From contig OZ024744.1 of the NCBI GenBank assembly GCA_964016885.1, positions 2,418,001 to 2,482,000 on the forward strand: 64,000 nt of DNA, in the 5' to 3' direction. Numbering within the stretch: position 1 is the stretch's first letter; each line of letters begins with the position of its first letter. The DNA is from Eledone cirrhosa. Lineage: Eukaryota. The notes beneath the pieces were generated by a model. The model saw nothing but the letters and a program-made list of their open reading frames with translations, did not search any database and was not told the DNA's origin. A program made the position numbers and the translations under genes. Shown piece by piece: positions 1 through 15,000 of the stretch.

Positions 1-3000
1 TGTCTTCCCCCAACACTTCGTTCTTCATCAAGCTATCTTTCTCTACCTTGTCTTCCCTCAAAACGTCTTTCTTCACCAAGCTATCTTTCTCTACCTTGTC
101 TTCCCTCAAAACTTCGTTCTTCACCAAGCTATCTTTCTCTACCTTGTCTTCCCCCAAAACTCCGTTCTTCACCAAGCTATCTTTCTCTACCTTGTCCTCC
201 CCCAAAATTTCGTTCTTCATCAAGCTATCTTTCTCTACCTTGTCTTCCCTCAAAACGTCGTTCTTCACCAAGCTATCTTTCTCTACCCATTCTTCCCTCA
301 AAACTTCGTTCTTCACCAAGCTATCTTTCTCTACCTTGTCTTCCCCCAAAACTTCGTTCTTCACCAAGCTATCTTTCTCTACCTTGCCTTCCCTCAAAAC
401 TTCGTTCTTCATCAAGCTATCTTTCTCTACTTTGTCTTCCTTCAAAACGTCGTTCTTCACCAAGCTATCTTTCTCTACCTTGTCTTCCCTCAAAACTTCG
501 GTCGTTCTTCATCAAGCTATCTTTCTCTACCTTGTCTTCCCTCAAGACGTCGTTCTTCACCAAGCTATCTTTCTCTACCTTGTCTTCCCCAAAACTTCGT
601 TCTTCACCAAGCTATCTTTCACTACCTTGTCTTCACCAACAACTTCGTTCTTCACCAAGCTATCTTTCTCTAGCATGTCTTCCCTCAAAACTTCCTTCTT
701 CACCAAGCTATCTTTCTCTATCTTGTCTTCCCCCAACACTTCCTTCTTCATCAAGCTATCTTTCTCTACCTTGTCTTCCCTCAAAACGTCGTTCTTCACC
801 AAGCTATCTTTCTCTACCCATTCTTCCCTCAAAACTTCGTTCTTCACCAAGCTATCTTTCTCTACCTTGTCTTCCCCCAAAACTTCGTTCTTCACCAAGC
901 TATCTTTCTCTACCTTGCCTTCCCTCAAAACTTCGTTCTTCATCAAGCTAACTTTCTCTACTTTTTCTTCCTTCAAAACGTCGTTCTTCACCAAGCTATC
1001 TTTCTCTACCTTGTCTTCCCTCAAAACTTCGGTCGTTCTTCATCAAGCTATCTTTCTCTACCTTGTCTTCCCCCAAAACTTCGTTCCTCACCAAGCTATC
1101 TTTCTCTACCTTGTCTTCCCTCAAAACTTCGTTCTTCACCAAGCTATCTTTCTTTACCTCGACTTCCCCCAAAACTTCGTTCTTCACCAAGCTATCTTTC
1201 TCTACCTTGTCTTCCCTCAAAACGTCGTTCTTCACCAAGCTATCTTTCTCTATCTTGTCTTCCCCCAACACTTCGTTCTTCATCAAGCTATCTTTCTCTA
1301 CCTTGTCTTCCCTCAAAACGTCGTTCTTCACCAAGCTATCTTTCTCTACCCATTCTTCCCTCAAAACTTCGTTCTTCACCAAGCTATCTCTCTCTACCTT
1401 GTCTTCCCTCAAAACTTCGTTCTTCATCAAGCTATCTTTCTCTACCTTGTCTTCCCTCAAAACTTCGTTCTTCACCAAGCTATCTTTCTCTACCTTATCT
1501 TCCCTCAACACTTCGTTCTTCATCAAGCTATCTTTCTCTACCTTGTCTTCCCCCAAAACTTCGTTCCTCACCAAGCTATCTTTCTCTACCTTGTCTTCCC
1601 TCAAAACTTCGTTCTTCACCAAGCTATCTTTCTTTACCTCGACTTCCCCCAAAACTTCGTTCTTCACCAAGCTATCTTTCTCTACCTTGTCTTCCCTCAA
1701 AACGTCGTTCTTCACCAAGCTATCTTTCTCTATCTTGTCTTCCCCCAACACTTCGTTCTTCATCAAGCTATCTTTCTGTACCTTGTCTCCCCCAAAAGTT
1801 CGTTCTTCACCAAGCTATCTTTCTCTACCTTGTCTTCCCTCAAAACTTCGTTCTTCACCAAGCTATCTTTCTCTACCTTGTCTTCCCCCAAAACTTCGTT
1901 CCTCACCAAGCTATCTTTCTCTACCTTGTCTTCCCTCAAAACTTCGTTCTTCACCAAGCTATCTTTCTCTACCTTATCTTCCCTCAACACTTCGTTCTTC
2001 ACCAAGCTATCTTTCTCTACCTTGTCTTCCCCCAAAACTCCGTTCTTCACCAAGCTATCTTTCTCTACCTTGTCCTCCCCAAAATTTCGTTCTTCATCAA
2101 GCTATCTTTCTCTACCTTGTCTTCCCTCAAAACGTCGTTCTTCACCAAGCTATCTTTCTCTACACATTCTTCCCTCAAAACTTCGTTCTTCACCAAGCTA
2201 TCTTTCTCTACCTTGTCTTCCCCCAAAGCTTCGTTCTTCACCAAGCTATCTTTCTCTACCTTGCCTTCCCTCAAAACTTCGTTCTTCATCAAGCTATTTT
2301 TCTCTACTTTGTCTTCCTTCAAAACGTCGTTCTTCACCAAGCTATCTTTCTCTACCTTGTCTTCCCTCAAAACTTCGGTCGTTCTTCATCAAGCTATCTT
2401 TCTCTACCTTGTCTTCCCTCAAAACGTCGTTCTTCACCAAGCTATCTTTCTCTACCTTGTCTTCCCCAAAACTTCGTTCTTCACCAAGCTATCTTTCACT
2501 ACCTTGTCTTCACCAACAACTTCGTTCTTCACCAAGCTATCTTTCTCTAGCATGTCTTCCCTCAAAACTTCCTTCTTCACCAAGCTATCTTTCTCTATCT
2601 TGTCTTCCCCCAACACTTCGTTCTTCATCAAGCTATCTTTCTCTACCTTGTCTTCCCTCAAAACGTCTTTCTTCACCAAGCTATCTTTCTCTACCTTGTC
2701 TTCCCTCAAAACATCGTTCTTCACCAAGCTATATTTCTCTACCTTGTCTTCCCCCAAAACTCCGTTCTTCACCAAGCTATCTTTCTCTACCTTGTCCTCC
2801 CCCAAAACTTCGTTCTTCATCAAGCTATCTTTCTCTACCTTGTCTTCCCTCAAAACGTCGTTCTTCACCAAGCTATCTTTCTCTACCCATTCTTCCCTCA
2901 ATACTTCGTTCTTCACCAAGCTATCTTTCTCTACCTTGTCTTCCCCCAAAACTTCGTTCTTCACCAAGCTATCTTTCTCTACCTTGTCTTCCCTCAAAAC

Positions 3001-6000
3001 TTCGTTCTTCACCAAGCTATCTTTCTCTACCTTGTCTTCCCCCAAAACTTCGTTCCTCACCAAGCTATCTTTCTCTACCTTGTCTTCCGTCAAAACTTCG
3101 TTCTTCACCAAGCTATCTTTCTCTACCTCGTCTTCCCCCAAAACTTCGTTCTTCACCAAGCTATCTTTCTCTACCTTGTCTTCCCTCAAAACGTCGTTCT
3201 TCACCAAGCTATCTTTCTCTAGCATGTCTTCCCTCAAAACTTCCTTCTTCACCAAGCTATCTTTCCCTACCTTGTCTTACCTCAAAACTTCGTTCTTCAC
3301 CAAGCTATCTTTCTCTACCTTGTCTTCCCCCCAAAACTTCGTTCTTCACCAAGCTATCTTTCTCTACCTTGTCTTCCTTCAAAACTTCGTTCTTCACCAA
3401 GCTATCTTTCTCTACCTTGTCTTCCCTCAAAACTCCGTTCTTCATCAAGCTATCTTTCTCTACCTTGACTTCCCCCAAAACTTCGTTCTTCACCAAGCTA
3501 TCTTTCACTACCTTGTCTTCACCAACAACTTCGTTCTTCACCAAGCTATCTTTCTCTAGCATGTCTTCCCTCAAAACTTCCTTCTTCACCAAGCTATCTT
3601 TCTCTATCTTGTCTTCCCCCAACACTTCGTTCTTCATCAAGCTATCTTTCTCTACCTTGTCTTCCCTCAAAACGTCGTTCTTCACCAAGCTATCTTTCTC
3701 TACGTTGTCTTCCCCAAAACTTCGTTCTTCACCAAGCTATCTTTCACTACCTTGTCTTCACCAACAACTTCGTTCTTCACCAAGCTATCTTTCTCTAGCA
3801 TGTCTTCCCTTAAAACTTCCTTCTTCACCAAGCTATCTTTCTCTACGTTGTCTTCCCCAAAACTCCGTTCTTCACCAAGCTATCTTTCTCTACCTTGTCC
3901 TCCCCAAAATTTCGTTCTTCATCAAGCTATCTTTCTCTACCTTGTCTTCCCTCAAAACGTCGTTCTTCACCAAGCTATCTTTCTCTACACATTCTTCCCT
4001 CAAAACTTCGTTCTTCACCAAGCTATCTTTCTCTACCTTGTCTTCCCCCAAAACTTCGTTCTTCACCAAGCTATCTTTCTCTACCTTGCCTTCCCTCAAA
4101 ACTTCGTTCTTCATCAAGCTATCTTTCTCTACTTTGTCTTCCTTCAAAACGTCGTTCTTCACCAAGCTATCTTTCTCTACCTTGTCTTCCCTCAAAACTT
4201 CGGTCGTTCTTCATCAAGCTATCTTTCTCTACCTTGTCTTCCCTCAAAACGTCGTTCTTCACCAAGCTATCTTTCTCTACCTTGTCTTCCCCAAAACTTC
4301 GTTCTTCACCAAGCTATCTTTCACTACCTTGTCTTCACCAACAACTTCGTTCTTCACCAAGCTATCTTTCTCTAGCATGTCTTCCCTCAAAACTTCCTTC
4401 TTCACCAAGCTATCTTTCTCTATCTTGTCTTCCCCCAACACTTCGTTCTTCATCAAGCTATCTTTCTCTACCTTTTCTTCCCTCAAAACGTCTTTCTTCA
4501 CCAAGCTATCTTTCTCTACCATGTCTTCCCTCAAAACATCGTTCTTCACCAAGCTATATTTCTCTACCTTGTCTTCCCCCAAAACTCCGTTCTTCACCAA
4601 GCTATCTTTCTCTACCTTGTCCTCCCCCAAAACTTCGTTCTTCATCAAGCTATCTTTCTCTACCTTGTCTTCCCTCAAAACGTCGTTCTTCACCAAGCTA
4701 TCTTTCTCTACCCATTCTTCCCTCAATACTTCGTTCTTCACCAAGCTATCTTTCTCTACCTTGTCTTCCCCCAAAACTTCGTTCTTCACCAAGCTATCTT
4801 TCTCTACCTTGTCTTCCCTCAAAACTTCGTTCTTCACCAAGCTATCTTTCTCTACCTTGTCTTCCCCCAAAACTTCGTTCCTCACCAAGCTATCTTTCTC
4901 TACCTTGTCTTCCGTCAAAACTTCGTTCTTCACCAAGCTATCTTTCTCTACCTCGTCTTCCCCCAAAACTTCGTTCATCACCAAGCTATCTTTCTCTACC
5001 TTGTCTTCCCCCCAAAACTTCGTTCTTCACCAAGCTATCTTTCTCTACCTTGTCTTCCTTCAAAACTTCGTTCTTCACCAAGCTATCTTTCTCTACCTTG
5101 TCTTCCCTCAAAACTCCGTTCTTCATCAAGCTATCTTTCTCTACCTTGTCTTCACCAACAACTTCGTTCTTCACCAAGCTATCTTTCTCTAGCATGTCTT
5201 CCCTCAAAACTTCCTTCTTCACCAAGCTATCTTTCTCTATCTTGTCTTCCCCCAACACTTCGTTCTTCATCAAGCTATCTTTCTCTACCTTGTCTTCCCT
5301 CAAAACGTCGTTCTTCACCAAGCTATCTTTCTCTACGTTGTCTTCCCCAAAACTTCGTTCTTCACCAAGCTATCTTTCACTACCTTGTCTTCACCAACAA
5401 CTTCGTTCTTCACCAAGCTATCTTTCTCTAGCATGTCTTCCCTCAAAACTTCCTTCTTCACCAAGCTATCTTTCTTTACCTCGTCTTCCCCCAACACTTC
5501 GTTCTTCACCAAGCTATCTTTCTCTACCTTGTCTTCCCTCAAAACGTCGTTCTTCACCAAGCTATCTTTCTCTATCTTGTCTTCCCCCAACACTTCGTTC
5601 TTCATCAAGCTATCTTTCTCTACCTTGTCTTCCCTCAAAACGTCGTTCTTCACCAAGCTATCTTTCTCTACCCATTCTTCGCACAAAACTTCGTTCTTCA
5701 CCAAGCTATCTTTCTCTACCTTGTCTCCCCTCAAAACGTCGTTCTTCACCAAGCTATCTTTCTCTACCCATTCTTCCCTCAAAACATCGTTCTTCACCAA
5801 GCTATCTTTCTCTACCTTGTCTCCCCCAAAAGTTCGTTCTTCACCAAGCTATCTTTCTCTAACTTGTCTTCCCTCAAAACTTCGTTCTTCACCAAGCTAT
5901 CTTTCTCTACCTTGTCTTCCCCCAAAACTTCGTTCCTCACCAAGCTATCTTTCTCTACCTTGTCTTCCCTCAAAACTCCGTTCTTCATCAAGCTATCTTT

Positions 6001-9000
6001 CTCTACCTTGTCTTCCCCCAAAACTTCGTTCTTCACCAAGCTATCTTTCACTACCTTGTCTTCACCAACAACTTCGTTCTTCACCAAGCTATCTTTCTCT
6101 AGCATGTCTTCCCTCAAAACTTCCTTCTTCACCAAGCTATCTTTCTCTATCTTGTCTTCCCCCAACACTTCGTTCTTCATCAAGCTATCTTTCTCTACCT
6201 TGTCTTCCCTCAAAACGTCTTTCTTCACCAAGCTATCTTTCTCTACCTTGTCTTCCCTCAAAACTTCGTTCTTCACCAAGCTATATTTCTCTACCTTGTC
6301 TTCCCCCAAAACTTCGTTCTTCACCAAGCTATCTTTCTTTACCTCGTCTTCCCCCAAAACTTCGTTCTTCACCAAGCTATCTTTCTCTACCTTGTCTTCC
6401 CTCAAAACGTCGTTCTTCACCAAGCTATCTTTTCTATCTTGTCTTCCCCCAACACTTCGTTCTTCATCAAGCTATCTTTCTCTACCTTGTCTTCCCTCAA
6501 AACGTCGTTCTTCACCAAGCTATCTTTCTCTACCCATTCTTCGCACAAAACTTCGTTCTTCACCAAGCTATCTTTCTCTACCTTGTCTCCCCTCAAAACG
6601 TCGTTCTTCACCAAGCTATCTTTCTCTACCCATTCTTCCCTCAAAACATCGTTCTTCACCAAGCTATCTTTCTCTACCTTGTCTCCCCCAAAAGTTCGTT
6701 CTTCACCAAGCTATCTTTCTCTACCTTGTCTTCCCTCAAAACTTCGTTCTTCACCAAGCTATCTTTCTCTACCTTGTCTTCCCCCAAAACTTCGTTCCTC
6801 ACCAAGCTATCTTTCTCTACCTTGTCTTCCCTCAAAACTTCGTTCTTCACCAAGCTATCTCTCTCTACCTCGTCTTCCCCCAAAACTTCGTTCTTCACCA
6901 AGCTATCTTTCTCTACCTTATCTTCCCTCAACACTTCGTTCTTCATCAAGCTATCTTTCTCTACCTTGTCTTCCCTCAAAACGTCGTTCTTCACCAAGCT
7001 ATCTTTCTCTACCTTGTCTTCCCCCAAAACTCCGTTCTTCACCAAGCTATCTTTCTCTACCTTGTCCTCCCCAAAATTTCGTTCTTCATCAAGCTATCTT
7101 TCTCTACCTTGTCTTCCCTCAAAACGTCGTTCTTCACAAAGCTATCTTTCTCTACCCATTCTTCCCTCAAAACTTCGTTCTTCACCAAGCTATCTTTCTC
7201 TACCTTCTCTTCTCCCAAAACTTCGTTCTTCACCAAGCTATCTTTCTCTACCTTGCCTTCCCTCAAAACTTCGTTCTTCATCAAGCTATCTTTCTCTACT
7301 TTGTCTTTCTTCAAAACGTCGTTCTTCACCAAGCTATCTTTCTCTACCTTGTCTTCCCTCAAAACTTCGGTCGTTCTTCATCAAGCTATCTTTCTCTACC
7401 TTGTCTTCCCTCAAAACGTCGTTCTTCACCAAGCTATCTTTCTCTACCTTGTCTTCCCCAAAACTTCGTTCTTCACCAAGCTATCTTTCACTACCTTGTC
7501 TTCACCAACAACTTCGTTCTTCACCAAGCTATCTTTCTCTAGCATGTCTTCGCTCAAAACTTCCTTCTTCACCAAGCTATCTTTCCCTACCTTGTCTTAC
7601 CTCAAAACTTCGTTATTCACCAAGCTATCTTTCTCTACCTTGTCTTCCCCCCAAAACTTCGTTCTTCACCAAGCTATCTTTCTCTACCTTGTCTTCCTTC
7701 AAAACTTCGTTCTTCACCAAGCTATCTTTCTCTACCTTGTCTTCCCTCAAAACACGGTTCTTCATCAAGCTATCTTTCTCTACCTTGTCTTCCCCCAAAA
7801 CTTCGTTCTTCATCAAGCTATCTTTCACTACCTTGTCTTCACCAACAACTTCGTTCTTCACCAAGCTATCTTTCTCTAGCATGTCTTCCCTCAAAACTTC
7901 CTTCTTCACCAAGCTATCTTTCCCTACCTTGTCTTACCTCAAAACTTCGTTCTTCACCAAGCTATCTTTCTCTACCTTGTCTTCCCCCCAAAACTTCGTT
8001 CTTCACCAAGCTATCTTTCTCTACCTTGTCTTCCTTCAAAACTTCGTTCTTCACCAAGCTATCTTTCTCTACCTTGTCTTCCCCCAACACTTCGTTCTTC
8101 ATCAAGCTATCTTTCTCTACCTTGTCTTCCCTCAAAACGTCTTTCTTCACCAAGCTATCTTTCTCTACCTTGTCTTCCCTCAAAACGTCGTTCTTCACCA
8201 AGCTATCTTTCTCTACCCATTCTTCCCTCAATACTTCGTTCTTCACCAAGCTATCTTTCTCTACCTTGTCTTCCCCCAAAACTTCGTTCTTCACCAAGCT
8301 ATCTTTCTCTACCTTGTCTTCCCTCAAAACTTCGTTCTTCACCAAGCTATCTTTCTCTACCTTGTCTTCCCCCAAAACTTCGTTCCTCACCAAGCTATCT
8401 TTCTCTACCTTGTCTTCCGTCAAAACTTCGTTCTTCACCAAGCTATCTTTCTCTACCTCGTCTTCCCCCAAAACTTCGTTCTTCACCAAGCTATCTTTCT
8501 CTACCTTGTCTTCCCTCAAAACGTCGTTCTTCACCAAGCTATCTTTCTCTAGCATGTCTTCCCTCAAAACTTCCTTCTTCACCAAGCTATCTTTCCCTAC
8601 CTTGTCTTACCTCAAAACTTCGTTCTTCACCAAGTTATCTTTCTCTACCTTGTCTTCCCCCCAAAACTTCGTTCTTCAACAAGCTATCTTTCTCTACCTT
8701 GTCTTCCTTCAAAACATCGTTCTTCACCAAGCTATCTTTCTCTACCTTGTCTTCCCTCAAAACTCCGTTCTTCATCAAGCTATCTTTCTCTACCTTGACT
8801 TCCCCCAAAACTTCGTTCTTCACCAAGCTATCTTTCACTACCTTGTCTTCACCAACAACTTCGTTCTTCACCAAGCTATCTTTCTCTAGCATGTCTTCCC
8901 TCAAAACTTCCTTCTTCACCAAGCTATCTTTCTCTATCTTGTCTTCCCCCAACACTTCGTTCTTCATCAAGCTATCTTTCTCCACCTTGTCTTCCCTCAA

Positions 9001-12000
9001 AACGTCTTTCTTCACCAAGCTATCTTTCTCTACCTTGCCTTCCCTCAAAACTTCGTTCTTCATCAAGCTATCTTTCTCTACTTTGTCTTCCTTCAAAACG
9101 TCGTTCTTCACCAAGCTATCTTTCTCTACCTTGTCTTCCCTCAAAACTTCGGTCGTTCTTCATCAAGCTATCTTTCTCTACCTTGTCTTCCCTCAAAACG
9201 TCGTTCTTCACCAAGCTATCTTTCTCTACCTTGTCTTCCCCAAAACTTCGTTCTTCACCAAGCTATCTTTCACTACCTTGTCTTCACCAACAACTTCGTT
9301 CTTCACCAAGCTATCTTTCTCTAGCATGTCTTCCCTCAAAACTTCCTTCTTCACCAAGCTATCTTTCCCTACCTTGTCTTACCTCAAAACTTCGTTCTTC
9401 ACCAAGCTATCTTTCTCTACCTTGTCTTCCTTCAAAACTTCGTTCTTCACCAAGCTATCTTTCTTTACCTTGTCTTCCCTCAAAACTCCGTTCTTCATCA
9501 AGCTATCTTTCTCTACCTTGTCTTCCCCCAAAACTTCGTTCTTCACCAAGCTATCTTTCACTACCTTGTCTTCACCAACAACTTCGTTCTTCACTAAGCT
9601 ATCTTTCTCTAGCATGTCTTCCCTCAAAACTTCCTTCTCCACCAAGCTATCTTTCTCTACCTTGTCTTCCCTCAAAACGTCTTTCTTCACCAAGCTATCT
9701 TTCTCTACCTTGTCTTCCCTCAAAACTTCGTTCTTCACCAAGCTATCTTTCTCTACCTTGTCTTCCCTCAAAACTCCGTTCTTCATCAAGCTATCTTTCT
9801 CTACCTTGTCTTCCCCAAAACTTCGTTCTTCACCAAGCTATCTTTCACTACCTTGTCTTCACCAACAACTTCGTTCTTCACCAAGCTATCTTTCTCTAGC
9901 ATGTCTTCCCTCAAAACTTCCTTCTTCACCAAGCTATCTTTCCCTACCTTGTCTTACCTCAAAACTTCGTTCTTCACCAAGCTATCTTTCTCTACCTTGT
10001 CTTCCTTCAAAACTTCGTTCTTCACCAAGCTATCTTTCTTTACCTTGTCTTCCCTCAAAACTCCGTTCTTCATCAAGCTATCTTTCTCTACCTTGTCTTC
10101 CCCCAAAACTTCGTTCTTCACCAAGCTATCTTTCACTACCTTGTCTTCACCAACAACTTCGTTCTTCACTAAGCTATCTTTCTCTAGCATGTCTTCCCTC
10201 AAAACTTCCTTCTCCACCAAGCTATCTTTCTCTACCTTGTCTTCCCTCAAAACGTCTTTCTTCACCAAGCTATCTTTCTCTACCTTGTCTTCCCTCAAAA
10301 CTTCGTTCTTCACCAAGCTATCTTTCTCTACCTTGTCTTCCCTCAAAACTCCGTTCTTCATCAAGCTATCTTTCTCTACCTTGTCTTCCCCCAAAACTTC
10401 GTTCTTCACCAAGCTATCTTTCACTACCTTGTCTTCACCAACAACTTCGTTCTTCACTAAGCTATCTTTCTCTAGCATGTCTTCCCCCAACACTTCGTTC
10501 TTCATCAAGCTATCTTTCTCTACCTTGACTTCCCTCAAAACGTCTTTCTTCACCAAGCTATCTTTCTCTACCTTGTCTTCCCCCAAAACTTCGTTCCTCA
10601 CCAAGCTATCTTTCTCTACCTTGTCTTCCGTCAAAACTTCGTTCTTCACCAAGCTATCTTTCTCTACCTCGTCTTCCCCCAAAACTTCGTTCTTCACCAA
10701 GCTATCTTTCTCTACCTTGTCTTCCCTCAAAACGTCGTTCTTCACCAAGCTATCTTTCTCTAGCATGTCTTCCCTCAAAACTTCCTTCTTCACCAAGCTA
10801 TCTTTCTCTACCTTGTCTTCCCTCAAAACTCCGTTCTTCATCAAGCTATCTTTCTCTACCTTGAGTTCCCCCAAAACTTCGTTCTTCACCAAGCTATCTT
10901 TCACTACCTTGTCTTCACCAACAACTTCGTTCTTCACCAAGCTATCTTTCTCTAGCATGTCTTCCCTCAAAACTTCCTTCTTCACCAAGCTATCTTTCTC
11001 TATCTTGTCTTCCCCCAACACTTCGTTCTTCATCAAGCTATCTTTCTCTACCTTGTCTTCCCTCAAAACGTCTTTCTTCACCAAGCTATCTTTCTCTACC
11101 TTGTCTTCCCTCAAAACTTCGTTCTTCACCAAGCTATCTTTCTCTACCTTGTCTTCCCCCAAAACTCCGTTCTTCACCAAGCTATCTTTCTCTACCTTGT
11201 CCTCCCCCAAAACTTCGTTCTTCATCAAGCTATCTTTCTCTACCTTGTCTTCCCTCAAAACGTCGTTCTTCACCAAGCTATCTTTCTCTACCCATTCTTC
11301 CCTCAAAACTTCGTTCTTCACCAAACTATCTTTCTCTACCTTGTCTTCCCCTAAAACTTCGTTCTTCACCAAGCTATCTTTCTCTACCTTGCCTTCCCTC
11401 AAAACTTCGTTCTTCATCAAGCTATCTTTCTCTACTTTGTCTTCCTTCAAAACGTCGTTCTTCACCAAGCTATCTTTCTCTACCTTGTCTTCCCTTAAAA
11501 CTTCGGTCGTTCTTCATCAAGCTATCTTTCTCTACCTTGTCTTCCCTCAAAACGTCGTTCTTCACCAAGCTATCTTTCTCTACCTTGTCTTCCCCAAAAC
11601 TTCGTTCTTCACCAAGCTATCTTTCACTACCTTGTCTTCACCAACAACTTCGTTCTTCACCAAGCTATCTTTTCTCTAGCATGTCTTCCCTCAAAACTTC
11701 CTTCTTCACCAAGCTATCTTTCCCTACCTTGTCTTACCTCAAAACTTCGTTCTTCACCAAGCTATCTTTCTCTACCTTGTCTTCCCCCCAAAACTTCGTT
11801 CTTCACCAAGCTATCTTTCTCTACCTTGTCTTCCTTCAAAACTTCGTTCTTCACCAAGCTATCTTTCTCTACCTTGTCTTCCCGCAAAACTCCGTTCTTC
11901 ATCAAGCTATCTTTCTCTACCTTGTCTTCCCCCAAAACTTCGTTCTTCACCAAGCAATCTTTCACTACCTTGTCTTCACCAACAACTTCGTTCTTCACCA

Positions 12001-15000
12001 AGATATCTTTCTCTAGCATGTCTCCCCTCAAAACTTCCTTCTTCACCAAGCTATCTTTCCCTAGCTTGTCTTACCTCAAAACTTCGTTATTCACCAAGCT
12101 ATCTTTCTCTACCTTGTCTACCCCCAAAACTTCGTTCTTCACCAAGCTATCTTTCTCTACCTTGTCTTCCCCCAAAACTTCGTTCTTCACCAAGCTATCT
12201 TTCTCTACCTTGTCTTCCCTCAAAACTTCGTTCTTCACCAAGCTATCTTTCTCTATCTTGTCTTCCCTCAAAACTCCGTTCTTCATCAAGCTATCTTTCT
12301 CTACCTTGTCTTCCCTCAAAACTTCGTTCTTCACCAAGCTATCTTTCTCTACCTTGTCTTCCCTCAAAACTCCGTTCTTCATCAAGCTATCTTTCTCTAC
12401 CTTGACTTCCCCCAAAACTTCGTTCTTCACCAAGCTATCTTTCACTACCTTGTCTTCACCAACAACTTCGTTCTTCACCAAGCTATCTTTCTCTAGCATG
12501 TCTTCCCTCAAAACTTCCTTCTTCACCAAGCTATCTTTCTCTATCTTGTCTTCCCCCAACACTTCGTTCTTCATCAAGCTATCTTTCTCTACCTTGTCTT
12601 CCCTCAAAACGTCTTTCTTCACCAAGCTATCTTTCTCTACCTTGTCTTCCCTCAAAACTTCGTTCTTCACCAAGCTATCTTTCTCTACCTTGTCTTCCCC
12701 CAAAACTCCGTTCTTCACCAAGCTATCTTTCTCTACCTTGTCCTCCCCCAAAACTTCGTTCTTCATCAAGCTATCTTTCTCTACCTTGTCTTCCCTCAAA
12801 ACGTCGTTCTTCACCAAGCTATCTTTCTCTACCCATTCTTCCCTCAAAACTTCGTTCTTCACCAAGCTATCTTTCTCTACCTTGTCTTCCCCTAAAACTT
12901 CGTTCTTCACCAAGCTATCTTTCTCTACCTTGCCTTCCCTCAAAACTTCGTTCTTCATCAAGCTATCTTTCTCTACTTTGTCTTCCTTCAAAACGTCGTT
13001 CTTCACCAAGCTATCTTTCTCTACCTTGTCTTCCCTCAAAACTTCGGTCGTTCTTCATCAAGCTATCTTTCTCTACCTTGTCTTCCCTCAAAACGTCGTT
13101 CTTCACCAAGCTATCTTTCTCTACCTTGTCTTCCCCAAAACTTCGTTCTTCACCAAGCTATCTTTCACTACCTTGTCTTCACCAACAACTTCGTTCTTCA
13201 CCAAGCTATCTTTTCTCTAGCATGTCTTCCCTCAAAACTTCCTTCTTCACCAAGCTATCTTTCCCTACCTTGTCTTACCTCAAAACTTCGTTCTTCACCA
13301 AGCTATCTTTCTCTACCTTGTCTTCCCCCCAAAACTTCGTTCTTCACCAAGCTATCTTTCTCTACCTTGTCTTCCTTCAAAACTTCGTTCTTCACCAAGC
13401 TATCTTTCTCTACCTTGTCTTCCCTCAAAACTCCGTTCTTCATCAAGCTATCTTTCTCTACCTTGTCTTCCCTCAAAACGTCGTTCTTTACCAAGCTATG
13501 CTTCTCTACCTTGTCTTCCCTCAAAACTTCGTTCTTCACCAAGCTATCTTTCCCTACCTTGTCTTACCTCAAAACTTCGTTCTTCACCAAGCTATCTTTC
13601 TCTACCTTGTCTTCCCCCCAAAACTTCGTTCTTCACCAAGCTATCTTTCTCTACCTTGTCTTCCTTCAAAACTTCGTTCTTCACCAAGCTATCTTTCTCT
13701 ACCTTGTCTTCCCTCAAAACTCCGTTCTTCATCAAGCTATCTTTCTCTACCTTGTCTTCCCCCAAAACTTCGTTCTTCACCAAGCAATCTTTCACTACCT
13801 TGTCTTCACCAACAACTTCGTTCTTCACCAAGCTATCTTTCTCTAGCATGTCTTCCCTCAAAACTTCCTTCTTCACCAAGCTATCTTTCCCTAGCTTGTC
13901 TTACCTCAAAACTTCGTTATTCACCAAGCTATCTTTCTCTACCTTGTCTACCCCCAAAACTTCGTTCTTCACCAAGCTATCTTTCTCTACCTTGTCTTCC
14001 CCCAAAACTTCGTTCTTCACCAAGCTATCTTTCTCTACCTTGTCTTCCCTCAAAACTTCGTTCTTCACCAAGCTATCTTTCTCTACCTTGTCTTCCCTCA
14101 AAACTCCGTTCTTCATCAAGCTATCTTTCTCTACCTTGACTTCCCCCAAAACTTCGTTCTTCACCAAGCTATCTTTCACTACCTTGTCTTCACCAACAAC
14201 TTCGTTCTTCACCAAGCTATCTTTCTCTAGCATGTCTTCCCTCAAAACTTCCTTCTTCACCAAGCTATCTTTCTCTATCTTGTCTTCCCCCAACACTTCG
14301 TTCTTCATCAAGCTATCTTTCTCTACCTTGTCTTCCCTCAAAACGTCTTTCTTCACTAAGCTATCTTTCTCTACCTTGTCTTCCCTCAAAACTTCGTTCT
14401 TCACCAAGCTATCTTTCTCTACCTTGTCTTCCCCCAAAACTCCGTTCTTCACCAAGCTATCTTTCTCTACCTTGTCCTCCCCCAAAACTTCGTTCTTCAT
14501 CAAGCTATCTTTCTCTACCTTGTCTTCCCTCAAAACGTCGTTCTTCACCAAGCTATCTTTCTCTACCCATTCTTCCCTCAAAACTTCGTTCTTCACCAAG
14601 CTATCTTTCTCTACCTTGTCTTCCCCTAAAACTTCGTTCTTCACCAAGCTATCTTTCTCTACCTTGCCTTCCCTCAAAACTTCGTTCTTCATCAAGCTAT
14701 CTTTCTCTACTTTGTCTTTCTTTAAAACGTCGTTCTTCACCAAGCTATCTTTCTCTACCTTGTCTTCCCTCAAAACTTCGGTCGTTCTTCATCAAGCTAT
14801 CTTTCTCTACCTTGTCTTCCCTCAAAACGTCGTTCTTCACCAAGCTATCTTTCTCTACCTTGTCTTCCCCAAAACTTCGTTCTTCACCAAGCTATCTTTC
14901 ACTACCTTGTCTTCACCAACAACTTCGTTCTTCACCAAGCTATCTTTTCTCTAGCATGTCTTCCCTCAAAACTTCCTTCTTCACCAAGCTATCTTTCCCT